A stretch of 32,000 nt of DNA from Desulfotalea psychrophila LSv54 (GCF_000025945.1 NC_006139.1:89588-121587); one strand, 5' to 3'. Positions 9,415-17,742 are shown, counted from the stretch's first letter. The notes: generated by a model not told the origin, from the letters alone. Numbers and translations are program-made.

Positions 9415-10581
9415 TTATATCACCCGCATCCGACGCAGAACTCGGCCAGCCAGTCTTTTCACCTTGCCAGCCCTTCTACGCCACAGCGGAGTTGGCCGCA
9501 TATAGCGTTTCATTACTTTTTCAAAAGGAAGAGTGTTCAAGTCGCTGAAAAATGCTTCACGACGCGCCCCCGGTGCAACCGAACCGCAAATACAAGGGTT
9601 CGACTGAATTGCCACGTTCAAATCCGCATCATGTACCGTGATATCCTGCCGACAGGCATCAAAGGCACTCTTTCCCTTTTCCGTCTGGACGATAACCAGC
9701 GAAGTTCCCCGATCATCATCCCACTCCGGATGATGTGTCCCGACACCCCAGAAATCAGCCAATGAAATATCTGCAACTCTGGGCAGACGCGAAAAATTGC
9801 ACGCATGGCATGACGGGCGCAAGTATGTATTGGATAAAAAACCGATCATGAATGCATCTTCGTTCAAAACACGGCGATACTCTGTATCGTTGTCGAATGA
9901 CAAGGATACAGAGAATCGCTTCCAGCCAAAATTCTTTCGTCTGAAAGCGATTCTCTGCGCTTTCGCGCCATGCTGGCGCTCAAGCTCGGCACGGTACGCC
10001 GCAAAAACTTTCGGAGAAGGCACACCGTGGCATACAACATCACAGGTAAGGAGATTATCATACTCTTTGCGGAGAAAAGCATACAGTCCGGCTATCTGGC
10101 ACGGGGTGCCTGAAAACAAAACCTGCCGACCCTGCTTGAGATATTTCCGGGCCTCCTGATACGCAGTACCGATGGTACTCTGCAAATATTTTGACCCCCG
10201 CAATGCCTGCCCTTCCACCTCATTGTGAGCGGCTTGATGACAGAGAGTCATGGAATCATCAAATGCAGCACCAAAAACGACCCCGTTTTGTTCAAAGGTG
10301 CACTGCATAAGAGCATTGAAAACCCCCCCAGAGGAACTGTCCGCACGAACATCCTCATTCCGATTCCACGCGGCAAAGGCTACCGAATCCCCTTCCTGCC
10401 GAGGAGGATTGATTACAGGACACACCGATTCGCAAAGCCCGCATTCAGGACAAAGAGATTCATCAACCATCGGATAAAGAAACCCCTCTGTATCGGGAAG
10501 CATCTGTATACATTTAGCCGGACATATAGACAGACACGCATGACAGCCGCAGCAGTCTTCTTTTGTATTTAGATGAATCAT
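9415..10581 (-). CDS. FrhB/FdhB-like protein (coenzyme F420 hydrogenase/dehydrogenase beta-subunit family) with N-terminal 2x[4Fe-4S] ferredoxin domain
   Basis: There are two CxxCxxCxxxCP motifs (CCGCHACLSICPAKC and CPECGLCESVCPV), followed by an FrhB-type core (..GGVFNALM.., ..SKYLQS.., ..VLFSGTPCQIAGL.., ..CHGVPS..). The likely start is MIHLNTKEDCCGC (ATG 10579-10581). The 55-codon upstream extension in the ORF track has no supporting features. Confidence 0.8.
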   Translation of the reverse strand: MIHLNTKEDCCGCHACLSICPAKCIQMLPDTEGFLYPMVDESLCPECGLCESVCPVINPPRQEGDSVAFAAWNRNEDVRADSSSGGVFNALMQCTFEQNGVVFGAAFDDSMTLCHQAAHNEVEGQALRGSKYLQSTIGTAYQEARKYLKQGRQVLFSGTPCQIAGLYAFLRKEYDNLLTCDVVCHGVPSPKVFAAYRAELERQHGAKAQRIAFRRKNFGWKRFSVSLSFDNDTEYRRVLNEDAFMIGFLSNTYLRPSCHACNFSRLPRVADISLADFWGVGTHHPEWDDDRGTSLVIVQTEKGKSAFDACRQDITVHDADLNVAIQSNPCICGSVAPGARREAFFSDLNTLPFEKVMKRYMRPTPLWRRRAGKVKRLAGRVLRRMRVI

Positions 10582-11035
10582 TGTAAATCCATAGTGGGCA
10601 GAATCATTGAAATCGCTAAAAAACGTATAAGTGTTTGCCTGGGTCTCTGAGACAAACAAGTGCTTAATTTTCATACTTAAAAACATGTTTTCGGCGTCAG
10701 GATACACCCATTCCGCCCAAAACAGCCATTTCCAACACATATCCATCCGATATCAAAAACAAAAACTCAAAAACGAACGGTAAGCCGGGCTTTATCCAAC
10801 CTTTTGAGATGACTGCGTGGAGGAAATAGTTCAACTCAGCCAGTGAGATTCCTCATTCTCCCGCTAATTGCCTCTGGCTGACGTTGATGGCCAGACGACG
10901 GCAGCTGGCAAGGCATTTCGTCTGCAAGAGCAGGCATGGAGGTTTTCGATATTTTTAGTTAGGAAATTGGCTCGTGGCTGAAGCTTAATGGATCTGTAAA
11001 TCTTGCAACTACTACTGAACAAATTCTCAAATTGG

Positions 11036-11047
11036 CACGCTACCGCC
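11036..11047 (-). promoter_or_regulatory. ops (operon polarity suppressor) element, RfaH loading site
   Basis: Plus strand reads CACGCTACCGCC, so the minus strand reads GGCGGTAGCGTG. This is a perfect match to the ops consensus GGCGGTAGnnTG. It is in the sense orientation of the operon, intergenic, and about 110 nt downstream of the rfaH-like stop. Confidence 0.7.
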
Positions 11048-11051
11048 ATTT

Positions 11052-11072
11052 GGGTGAACATTGCGTTCACCC
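11052..11072 (-). other. perfect 8-bp stem / 5-nt loop hairpin 4 nt upstream (in transcript sense) of ops
   Basis: GGGTGAAC-attgc-GTTCACCC (11052-11059 and 11065-11072). No U-tract follows, so it is not an intrinsic terminator. It could be part of a JUMPStart-like leader. Confidence 0.5.
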
Positions 11073-11089
11073 GTTGAAGACTTACACTA

Positions 11090-11118
11090 ATCTTACGTTT
11101 AAGTGATCGTTTAGTAAA
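11090..11118 (-). promoter_or_regulatory. candidate sigma70-type promoter for the ops-containing leader
   Basis: Minus strand reads TTTACT (11118-11113), a 17-nt spacer, then TAAGAT (11095-11090). This would place the transcription start about 35 nt upstream of ops. Based on sequence pattern only. Confidence 0.35.
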
Positions 11119-11159
11119 GGAAAAAAAACTTTATTATTAGGCCAATGAACGATCAGCTT

Positions 11160-11741
11160 TCAATCAATCTTGATGCGATCTAACGACACCGTGGTTTTAA
11201 CCTGTCGACTGAGGATATTGAGTAAGACATCCACATTCTCACTTCCCCGAATGGAGTAAACTACAGCCTCAACACTTTCTAAACCAGGGATATTGACTGT
11301 GACGACAGAGCCGGGTGTCAGGTTTTCTTTTATGAGGTCTTTTGCTAGGATAGAGAGGCCTTTATCTTCTCGGGCTTTAAGGTCGCTTATCACCCAACCA
11401 GGGATCTCGATATAGCTATCTCCAAAACACAGTGCCCCAAGTGAACCACGGGTTGAAGCTATTGCAGTCCAGTTTTGTTCTGCCGGGGCAAGGTTGAGAA
11501 AAAGGTAACCAGGGAAAAAGGCAACAAGCTTTTCAGTAGTGCTTCTCGCGTGATGGACAGTTTTGCGAAGCAGGGGTAGGTACACAGTATACCCCTGTCG
11601 TTGATAGTTGAATTTGGCGACCTCTTCTTTTTTGTTCTTGGTACGAATTGCATACCAATGACCTTCAGTTTCGTTATCTCTCATCATGTTTATCAATTGC
11701 TCCCTCTCCATGGTTAAGATGTTGGGTCCCCATCCGGGCAT
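11160..11741 (-). CDS. rfaH: RfaH-type specialised NusG paralog (transcription antiterminator)
   Basis: Aligns by eye along the full length of E. coli RfaH. WYAIRTKNKKEEVAKFNYQRQGYTVYLPLL matches WYLLYCKRGQLQRAQEHLERQAVNCLAPMI. FFPGYLFLNL matches LFPNYLFVEF. TRGSLGALCFG matches TRGVSHFVRFG. The KOW region PGSVVTVNIPGLESVEAVVYS..VDVLLNILSRQVKTTV matches [37 protein letters not shown]. The real start is probably internal (MEREQL at 11711 or MMRDNE at 11687). Confidence 0.85.
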   Translation of the reverse strand: MPGWGPNILTMEREQLINMMRDNETEGHWYAIRTKNKKEEVAKFNYQRQGYTVYLPLLRKTVHHARSTTEKLVAFFPGYLFLNLAPAEQNWTAIASTRGSLGALCFGDSYIEIPGWVISDLKAREDKGLSILAKDLIKENLTPGSVVTVNIPGLESVEAVVYSIRGSENVDVLLNILSRQVKTTVSLDRIKID

Positions 11742-11784
11742 AGAGGATCAAGGTATTTTTTGCAACCCGCTCGGCGGTTCCCAT

Positions 11785-13041
11785 CTAAGCCACACCCCCT
11801 TTACTTTTTTCGATCTGCTTAGGGCCAGATCCAACGAGGCTGATCAGCACGGTAAAAATGAGAGCATTGGCCGGAATATGCAGATTAAAATCGACAGAGG
11901 AGTGACAGGCAATTGCCAGCAGCCCAGCCAGAGCAGCCAAGGTGAATCCCCAGGTTTGTCGGCTAGCCTCTTTTATTTTCCTACAAGCTTGTTTAGCAAC
12001 AGTGAGTAAAGCCCAAAGGATAATCAGCACTACGGGCAGACCAAGTTCGGCGATGAACTGCAGATAGTCGTTATGGGCATAGTAGAAGCGGGCACTGGTT
12101 CCCGGTAGTTGAAACTGGGTAAAGATGGTGGCGAAGGAGCCGGGGCCAGAGCCTATGAAGGGGTGGGCCGCAATCATTTTATAGACGCCCTGCCAGGTGT
12201 GGCTGCGACCATTCAGCCCGGCAACTGTCTCCTGATCGGTAAGGGAGAGCAGACGTTCGAGGATGTCGGAGCCGGCCAGGATAAAAATCGAGAGGAGGAG
12301 GGTGAAGGAGATGATGAGCAGGAGAAGCTTTTTCGCTCTAAAGCGCTTTTGGCCAAGAAGAACAGTTGCCATAAAGAGGAGGGAGAGGGCAAGGGCTAGC
12401 CAGCCACCCCGGGAGAGGGTGGCGATATGGGCAGCTAGCAAAATCAAGCTGATCAGCAACAGGGCAAAAAAGCTTACGCCCCTTCTCGTTCGAGTGAGAA
12501 AAAGGCAGAGGCTCAAGGGAATAACCATCTCCAGATAGCCCGCCAAATGGTTATGATTGCCGTAGGTACTGGTTATAAATGTATCATGCTGAAGATAGTC
12601 CCACCAGGGGAAGGGCTTGTAGCCAAGCATCTTAAAAAAACCAAAGATAGAGAGGAAAATCCCCAGCCCAATGAGCAAACAGACCAGCATCCGCTCCTTC
12701 TTACGGCTATCGATCAGATGGATCACTGAGTAGTATAAGAGGATATAGGTAAAGAGCAGCATCAGGGCATCGACGCCAACACCTTTTAGCGGAGAGAGGG
12801 CAAAGCTGAGCAGGGTCCAGAGAATCAGGGCCAGAATGGGATAGAAGAGAGGGGTTGGAATAAAGAGAGCTCTGTTGCTGCTGGTAACTTTTAGGAAGGT
12901 GAAGTAGCTGGTGATAATAACAAGAATCTGCAGAGTCGATTGGGCCCAGGGAGAGACGCTGCCCCGGGCGAGGGGGGCAAAGAGGAGTAGGGCAAAGAGA
13001 GAGGCCATGGCAAGAGAGTCATAGATTTGCTGACGGTTCAT
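11785..13041 (-). CDS. O-antigen ligase / Wzy_C family membrane protein
   Basis: 418 aa and polytopic. Motifs ..HIATLSRGGWLALALSLLF.. and ..YYAHNDYLQFIAELGLPVV.. are typical of the O-antigen ligase (Wzy_C) domain. Its start overlaps the upstream stop as ATGA (13038-13041). Confidence 0.8.
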   Translation of the reverse strand: MNRQQIYDSLAMASLFALLLFAPLARGSVSPWAQSTLQILVIITSYFTFLKVTSSNRALFIPTPLFYPILALILWTLLSFALSPLKGVGVDALMLLFTYILLYYSVIHLIDSRKKERMLVCLLIGLGIFLSIFGFFKMLGYKPFPWWDYLQHDTFITSTYGNHNHLAGYLEMVIPLSLCLFLTRTRRGVSFFALLLISLILLAAHIATLSRGGWLALALSLLFMATVLLGQKRFRAKKLLLLIISFTLLLSIFILAGSDILERLLSLTDQETVAGLNGRSHTWQGVYKMIAAHPFIGSGPGSFATIFTQFQLPGTSARFYYAHNDYLQFIAELGLPVVLIILWALLTVAKQACRKIKEASRQTWGFTLAALAGLLAIACHSSVDFNLHIPANALIFTVLISLVGSGPKQIEKSKGGVA

Positions 13042-14624
13042 GATCTCCTCCTGAGCTGGGCCAACTGTTTCTGGTACCTTGCGTTGCCAGGCTCCAGAAC
13101 AACTGCTCTCTCTGCATACTCTCTGGCAAGCTCATCGTTTTTGCCGGCCTGATAGGCCAGGGAGATCTGAAACAGAAAGCCTGGTACTTCGGGTTTAAGC
13201 CTGCTTGCCTCTTGCCAGTCAGCAATGGCAGCACTGTACTTTTTTTGGGCATAACGAATCCAGCCACGTTTATTGAAATACCAGGGGTTTGGCCTCAGGC
13301 TTGTGGTAAGGACCTCATTCATGGCCGCTTCGGCCTGGGGATATTTCTTCTGCTGCTCAAGAGACCTGGCAAAAAGGTAGTGGTATTCAGGCCTTGTCCT
13401 ATCTTCAACAACTGCTTTCTGGGCGGCAAGCTCCATCCGATCCCAATCCTTCTGCTCACTGTAGATACGGGCAAGACAGTAGTAGCTCTCGCCAGCATAG
13501 CGACCTGTGGTCAGCCGCTGAAAACGGGCAATGGCAAGTTCGGGTTGGCCGCTATACATCAGACTTTTACCAAGGTAGATATCGGTTATTGCTGGCAACT
13601 CTCTCTCCTGCCCGGCTCTTTTAACAAAGAGAAAAAAATCTGTCTCCCGTTTTACCCCGTGATAACTGTTAAATATCTGCTCAATAGCGCTGTTTTTGTT
13701 CTCGTTCTGACGAAAGGCCTCTAAAAAATAGCTTATCGCTTTAGAGGTATCTTCTATCTGCAGGGCCAGGCGTCCCGCCTGAAGGTACAGGTTAGGGCTG
13801 TTCCGTTGATAGGGGAATGCCAATTGCTGCTCACAATAGCTGAGGGCGGTGGGGAAATCTTTTCGTTCAAGCGCGATGTTTCGCAATACGCCAAGGGCAT
13901 CACCTCTTAAATTTGTGCTCGTACTTGCCTGCAAAGCTCCCCGCTCCACCGCTGAACGAAGAGAGTCCGTATAGAAGTCCTCTTTTCTCAGCTTATAAAA
14001 GAGGAAGGGAGCGATTGCCATAAGCTGCTCAATCTCAGTCAACATTTGACTCTGCATCCCCCTCTCGGCAAGATAGAGAATAAAAGCGTAGGCTCGTGAC
14101 GCTGAGTTGGGGCGAAGCTGTTGGGCTTTTGCAAAGATGGGCAGGGCATCATAGAGCTGTTGCCTATCACTTCGGCGGGATAAAGATTGCAAAGCTGCCA
14201 GAGTTGAGGCCCAGCCGGCCATAGCAGTGGAGTCATAGGGGTTCAAATCTACCGCCTGCTTATAGGCCCGAGCCGAGTTCTCCAGCTCTTTTTTAAAAAG
14301 AGAGAGAGAGTTGGCATTGGCCGCAAGTCTGAAATAGAGCTGCCCCTTCACTGTTTCGATTCTGTGAAGATCGTCTGCAAAGAGGGTGATGCCTGCAGAG
14401 TGAAACGGCAGATAGTGTAGAGAGAGGTTCAATTTGGCTAAAGCTTTATCAAGAGATGGACGCTCCAACAGGGTCAGAGCACTCTGATAGTGCCAGCGGG
14501 AAAAGCTGAGCATAGCGAGTATCCCGAGCATGGCCAGAACCAGCACGTTTGCCAGCTTAAGGCCTCTCTTGCCCCACTCACTCGCCATAATAGGCACTGG
14601 GATAACCATAGTAGCTGCTTTCAC
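13038..14624 (-). CDS. membrane-anchored TPR-repeat protein
   Basis: One N-terminal TM segment (LKLANVLVLAMLGILAMLSF), then repeated A/Y/L-rich 34-residue-type units (..AIARFQRL.., ..YYCLARIY.., ..AEAAMNEVL.., ..ISLAYQAGKNDELAREYAERAVVLEP..). Start is uncertain: GTG at 14624, or ATG at 14609 or 14588. The first overlaps the kinase gene by 47 nt. Confidence 0.8.
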   Translation of the reverse strand: MKAATMVIPVPIMASEWGKRGLKLANVLVLAMLGILAMLSFSRWHYQSALTLLERPSLDKALAKLNLSLHYLPFHSAGITLFADDLHRIETVKGQLYFRLAANANSLSLFKKELENSARAYKQAVDLNPYDSTAMAGWASTLAALQSLSRRSDRQQLYDALPIFAKAQQLRPNSASRAYAFILYLAERGMQSQMLTEIEQLMAIAPFLFYKLRKEDFYTDSLRSAVERGALQASTSTNLRGDALGVLRNIALERKDFPTALSYCEQQLAFPYQRNSPNLYLQAGRLALQIEDTSKAISYFLEAFRQNENKNSAIEQIFNSYHGVKRETDFFLFVKRAGQERELPAITDIYLGKSLMYSGQPELAIARFQRLTTGRYAGESYYCLARIYSEQKDWDRMELAAQKAVVEDRTRPEYHYLFARSLEQQKKYPQAEAAMNEVLTTSLRPNPWYFNKRGWIRYAQKKYSAAIADWQEASRLKPEVPGFLFQISLAYQAGKNDELAREYAERAVVLEPGNARYQKQLAQLRRRS

Positions 14625-15336
14625 GGCTATCTGCCTGGTTCAACACAGCCCCCAGAACATTGGCACCCGAGCCCTCTATCCGAGTTAAGGCATCTTTGAG
14701 TGCCTTCTTATTGCCTCCCCCAAACTGAACAATCATCAAGGCGCCATCACAATATGGGCTCAACATCAAGGCATCACTGGCCGGCAACACCGGCGAGGTG
14801 TCCACAATCACCATATCATACCTCTGGCGACAGGCAGCAAAAATGGCCGAAAGCCCTTGAGCCCCAAAAAGGGCAAGAGGATTGGGGGGGATCGCTCCCG
14901 AGGGAAGCAAAAAGAGATTATCATACTCTGTGGCAATAACAGTCTGGGCAAGACTCTCCATAAGATGCTCACTCTCCAGAAGGGTTTGCCCCAAGGTTTC
15001 ACTGATCAATGAGGAGAGCCCGAACCTGGGTTTAACTTTTCCCGAGCAAAAGCAGGTCGTCAGACCTGGCCTTCGCAAATCAGCATCCACCATCAGAACT
15101 GACTGCCCCATCTGGGCCATGGTGCGGGCGAGATTGGCAACGGTGGTAGATTTTCCCTCCCCCGGCAAAGCGCTGGTCACCAAGAGCACCTGCAACTTTT
15201 TATCAAGGCTGGCAAAGTGGAGATTGGTTCGTAAAGTTCGATAGGATTCGGCATACCGCGATTTAACAGAAAAATTACTCAACAGTGCCTTGACACCGCT
15301 ATCTGTTTTACTCTCAGCTCTCTTCTGGAAAAACAT
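14578..15336 (-). CDS. BY-kinase catalytic subunit (CpsD/CapB-type tyrosine autokinase)
   Basis: Walker A is LPGEGKSTT. Walker A-prime is VLMVDADLRRP. Walker B is MVIVDTSPV. The C-terminal tyrosine cluster is SRESSYYGYPSAYYGE. The ATG at 15334-15336 overlaps the upstream TGA (TGATG). Confidence 0.9.
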   Translation of the reverse strand: MFFQKRAESKTDSGVKALLSNFSVKSRYAESYRTLRTNLHFASLDKKLQVLLVTSALPGEGKSTTVANLARTMAQMGQSVLMVDADLRRPGLTTCFCSGKVKPRFGLSSLISETLGQTLLESEHLMESLAQTVIATEYDNLFLLPSGAIPPNPLALFGAQGLSAIFAACRQRYDMVIVDTSPVLPASDALMLSPYCDGALMIVQFGGGNKKALKDALTRIEGSGANVLGAVLNQADSRESSYYGYPSAYYGE

Positions 15337-16862
15337 CAATAGCCCTCCTTCGAAGCATTCAGCATGTCAGTAGATGGCACTGTGGCGAGAACCGGAATAT
15401 CCAAATAGGTACGAAGATCATCTTCGGTGCGGATGGATTGGTCAAAGTACTCCAGTAAAAAGGCAAGGCCTATACCACCAAAGAGCCCCAGCACCAGGGC
15501 AAGCAGCAGATTCTTCCGCTTATTTGGCGAAACTGGAGCCACCGGAACCGAAGAGTACTCTACCACCCTGATATTAGAAGAAGTTCCCGAAGAGAGGAGG
15601 TTTGACTCCTTAATTTTAGAGACCAAGGTGTCATAGAGACTCTGACTGGTGGTCAGGTTACGTTGCAAAATGGTATAGCGCAACTCTTTGCCACTGGCGT
15701 CCACTGCCTCATCCTCAAACTGGGCAACATTTTCCTCCATGATCTGCTCTTTACTCAGGAGAATGGCCCGTTCGGTTTTTAAATTTTCTAACTCTTTCTT
15801 CAACTCAATTCTAATTTTGAACCGATTTTTGCTGATCTCACTATCAATCTGAACCATCTTTGGATGCTTAGACTTATAGACTTTGGTTAGGCGGGTACGT
15901 TGCAACTCAAGGCGAGTGAGATTCTCAGAGATGGCATCAATGGAGGGATTACCCAGCAAGGAGCGGATATGGGTAATATCTCCGGAAGAGGCCGCAAGAC
16001 GCTTGATCTCGGCAAGTTTAGCATCAATCTCCTGACGCTTATTACGCGCTTCCAGATATTGATCATTAAACTCCTCAATTTTATGGCCAATTTCCTGCTG
16101 CTTGCCATCAATTGAGAACAACTTACTCACCTGTTTGAAGTCGTGGAACTTCTGTTCACCATCTTCAAGTCGCTTTTTCAGTTGATAGAGTTGGCCATTC
16201 ATCCACTCCAGATTCTCTTTGGATGACGAGAGCCGACTCTCCATATCAAACTCGATATACTCCCTGGCAAGGGTATTGGCGAGACGGCTGGCCAATACCG
16301 GATCGGTATTTTCGGCACTGATGGTCAAGAGCCGGGTGTCACGCACCTGCTCAATGGTGATAAGGTCTTGAATTTGCTTTACCAGAGAGGCCAGCTTCTC
16401 ATCTTCGCTCAGCTCACTGGCTTCGCCATCCTGCTCCGGGGAGAATCGGGCCAGGAGCAGTTTAATGTTGGCCTTAATCTGTTGCTTGATTCTGGCAAGC
16501 GGTGAGGCGATAACATCCTCCTCTTTCTCATCCAGCTTAAGTTTTTTAACCAGAGCTAACACCACCGGTTTAGAGTGGATCAGCTTAAAGTGGGTATTAA
16601 AGGTGAGTAACTGGGACGCATAGCTCGAATTGTCAATACGCTCGCCTGTCAGGGGCGAAGAGGTCTGCTCCTTATCAATCACGAGGTTGGCCGTGGCCTG
16701 GTATACCGGTTTCATCATAAAACTCGCCGCCATCACCAGAACCACTGTCACCAGCAAAAACAGGAGAATCAGCCGCTTGCGCTTAACAAGAATTTGAATG
16801 TAATCAGAAAGATGAATCTCTTCTTCAAACTCATTTATTGAATTTTGCACAATACCCCACAA
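15336..16862 (-). CDS. polysaccharide co-polymerase (Wzz/GumC-type chain-length determinant, kinase-less)
   Basis: N-terminal Wzz-type segment IHLSDYIQILVKRKRLILLFLLVTVVLV..KPVYQATANLVID. This is followed by a long coiled-coil periplasmic region and a C-terminal ..VVEYSSVPVAPVSPNKRKNLLLALVLGLFGGIGLAFLLEYFD second TM. The start is non-ATG: TTG at 16862, or more likely GTG at 16850. Confidence 0.85.
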   Translation of the reverse strand: MWGIVQNSINEFEEEIHLSDYIQILVKRKRLILLFLLVTVVLVMAASFMMKPVYQATANLVIDKEQTSSPLTGERIDNSSYASQLLTFNTHFKLIHSKPVVLALVKKLKLDEKEEDVIASPLARIKQQIKANIKLLLARFSPEQDGEASELSEDEKLASLVKQIQDLITIEQVRDTRLLTISAENTDPVLASRLANTLAREYIEFDMESRLSSSKENLEWMNGQLYQLKKRLEDGEQKFHDFKQVSKLFSIDGKQQEIGHKIEEFNDQYLEARNKRQEIDAKLAEIKRLAASSGDITHIRSLLGNPSIDAISENLTRLELQRTRLTKVYKSKHPKMVQIDSEISKNRFKIRIELKKELENLKTERAILLSKEQIMEENVAQFEDEAVDASGKELRYTILQRNLTTSQSLYDTLVSKIKESNLLSSGTSSNIRVVEYSSVPVAPVSPNKRKNLLLALVLGLFGGIGLAFLLEYFDQSIRTEDDLRTYLDIPVLATVPSTDMLNASKEGY

Positions 16863-16879
16863 ACCTTTTCGTTAATCTC

Positions 16880-17737
16880 TTAGAACCAGGATTCTGGAAC
16901 ATTCAATCTATCGCCGGGCTGCAGGGGATAATCTGGGATTTTCCCATCCACTACATCCTCTAGATTGACCTTAATAACCTTCTGCTTATTATTTTCAGTT
17001 CGAACAATTATAGCTCGGTTGGGCGCTGCATAATCATCAAATCCACCGGCCATTAAACAGATACTCAGGGCGGTTAGGCCTGGCTGGTACTCCTGCAGGC
17101 CCGGATTTTTAATGCGCCCTCCCACGTAGACCATAGAGTCGCCTTGACGAAGCCCTTTAGCCAAGGGGATATAGATTGAATCTCCAGTCTCAAGCCGAAG
17201 ATTCCCACTCATATCGCCTTCGTCGAGCAGCTTGGTCAGGTTCACCTTAAGGGGTTTGCTCTCTTTGTCTCCCCGGTTGCTTTCGCGCATCACATAGGCC
17301 AGAGAACCACGTTCACTGGTGACACCTCCGGCCTTGGCGATCAACTCCATCACCGTTGTTGCAGACTGCATCTTGTATTTCCCTGCCTTGGTCACCGCGC
17401 CCGAAATGGTGTAGTGCAGGCTGTGATAGCCATCTACTTGGATAATCACTTGGGGGTTGATGAAATAGTCTTTTGCCAGCTTGGTATAGAGTCTCTTTTC
17501 AAGGTCACTGGGCGTTGCTCCAGCGGCATGGATACTGCCCACAAAAGGGGCATTTATCTTGCCGCTATCTGAAACGGTTAAGGCGACCTGGACCTGCTCC
17601 TCTCCTCCTGCAAAAACTGAGACACTGATGATGTCACCAGCGCCGAGCTTGTATCCCAAAGAAGCTTGGGCCGAACTGCTCCAGATAACGATGAGCAGTA
17701 AAACGATGAGATCTCTTTTCATATAGAGCCAGTGCAT
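16880..17737 (-). CDS. short OPX-family polysaccharide export protein (Poly_export + SLBB domains), no lipobox, no C-terminal OM helix
   Basis: Signal peptide ..LIVLLLIVIWSSSAQA with no Cys. Also YKLGAGDIISVSVF (Poly_export PES motif region) and two SLBB-like segments (..GAVTKAGKY.., ..VYVGGRIKNPGLQEY..). At only 285 aa it is too short to contain a Wza-type D4 helix. Alternative start MKRDL at 17722. Confidence 0.85.
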   Translation of the reverse strand: MHWLYMKRDLIVLLLIVIWSSSAQASLGYKLGAGDIISVSVFAGGEEQVQVALTVSDSGKINAPFVGSIHAAGATPSDLEKRLYTKLAKDYFINPQVIIQVDGYHSLHYTISGAVTKAGKYKMQSATTVMELIAKAGGVTSERGSLAYVMRESNRGDKESKPLKVNLTKLLDEGDMSGNLRLETGDSIYIPLAKGLRQGDSMVYVGGRIKNPGLQEYQPGLTALSICLMAGGFDDYAAPNRAIIVRTENNKQKVIKVNLEDVVDGKIPDYPLQPGDRLNVPESWF

Positions 17738-17742
17738 ACGCG

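Noticed and set aside
10582-10746. 55-codon N-terminal extension of the FrhB-like ORF (MDMCWKWLFWAEW..).
   Set aside because: FrhB-like polysaccharide-locus proteins start at the ferredoxin CxxCxxC motif. An ATG (10579-10581) gives exactly that N-terminus (MIHLNTKEDCCGC).
10864-11070. 68-aa minus-strand ORF in the rfaH to frhB-like intergenic region.
   Set aside because: It reads through the ops 12-mer itself (..MAVAC..) and the hairpin. It has no RBS and a Cys/Ser/Arg-rich translation. The regulatory interpretation explains the sequence better.
7593-15244. Numerous 60-170 aa ORFs on the plus strand (for example 7593-7979, 8101-8301, 8550-8759, 8975-9380, 9253-9765, 9797-10159, 10225-10572, 11686-12009, 12109-12729, 13212-13724, 14490-15244).
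   Set aside because: All lie antisense to long minus-strand genes with clear family motifs. Their translations are Arg/Ser/Pro-rich low-complexity, typical of shadow ORFs in ~50% GC coding DNA. None has start or RBS support.
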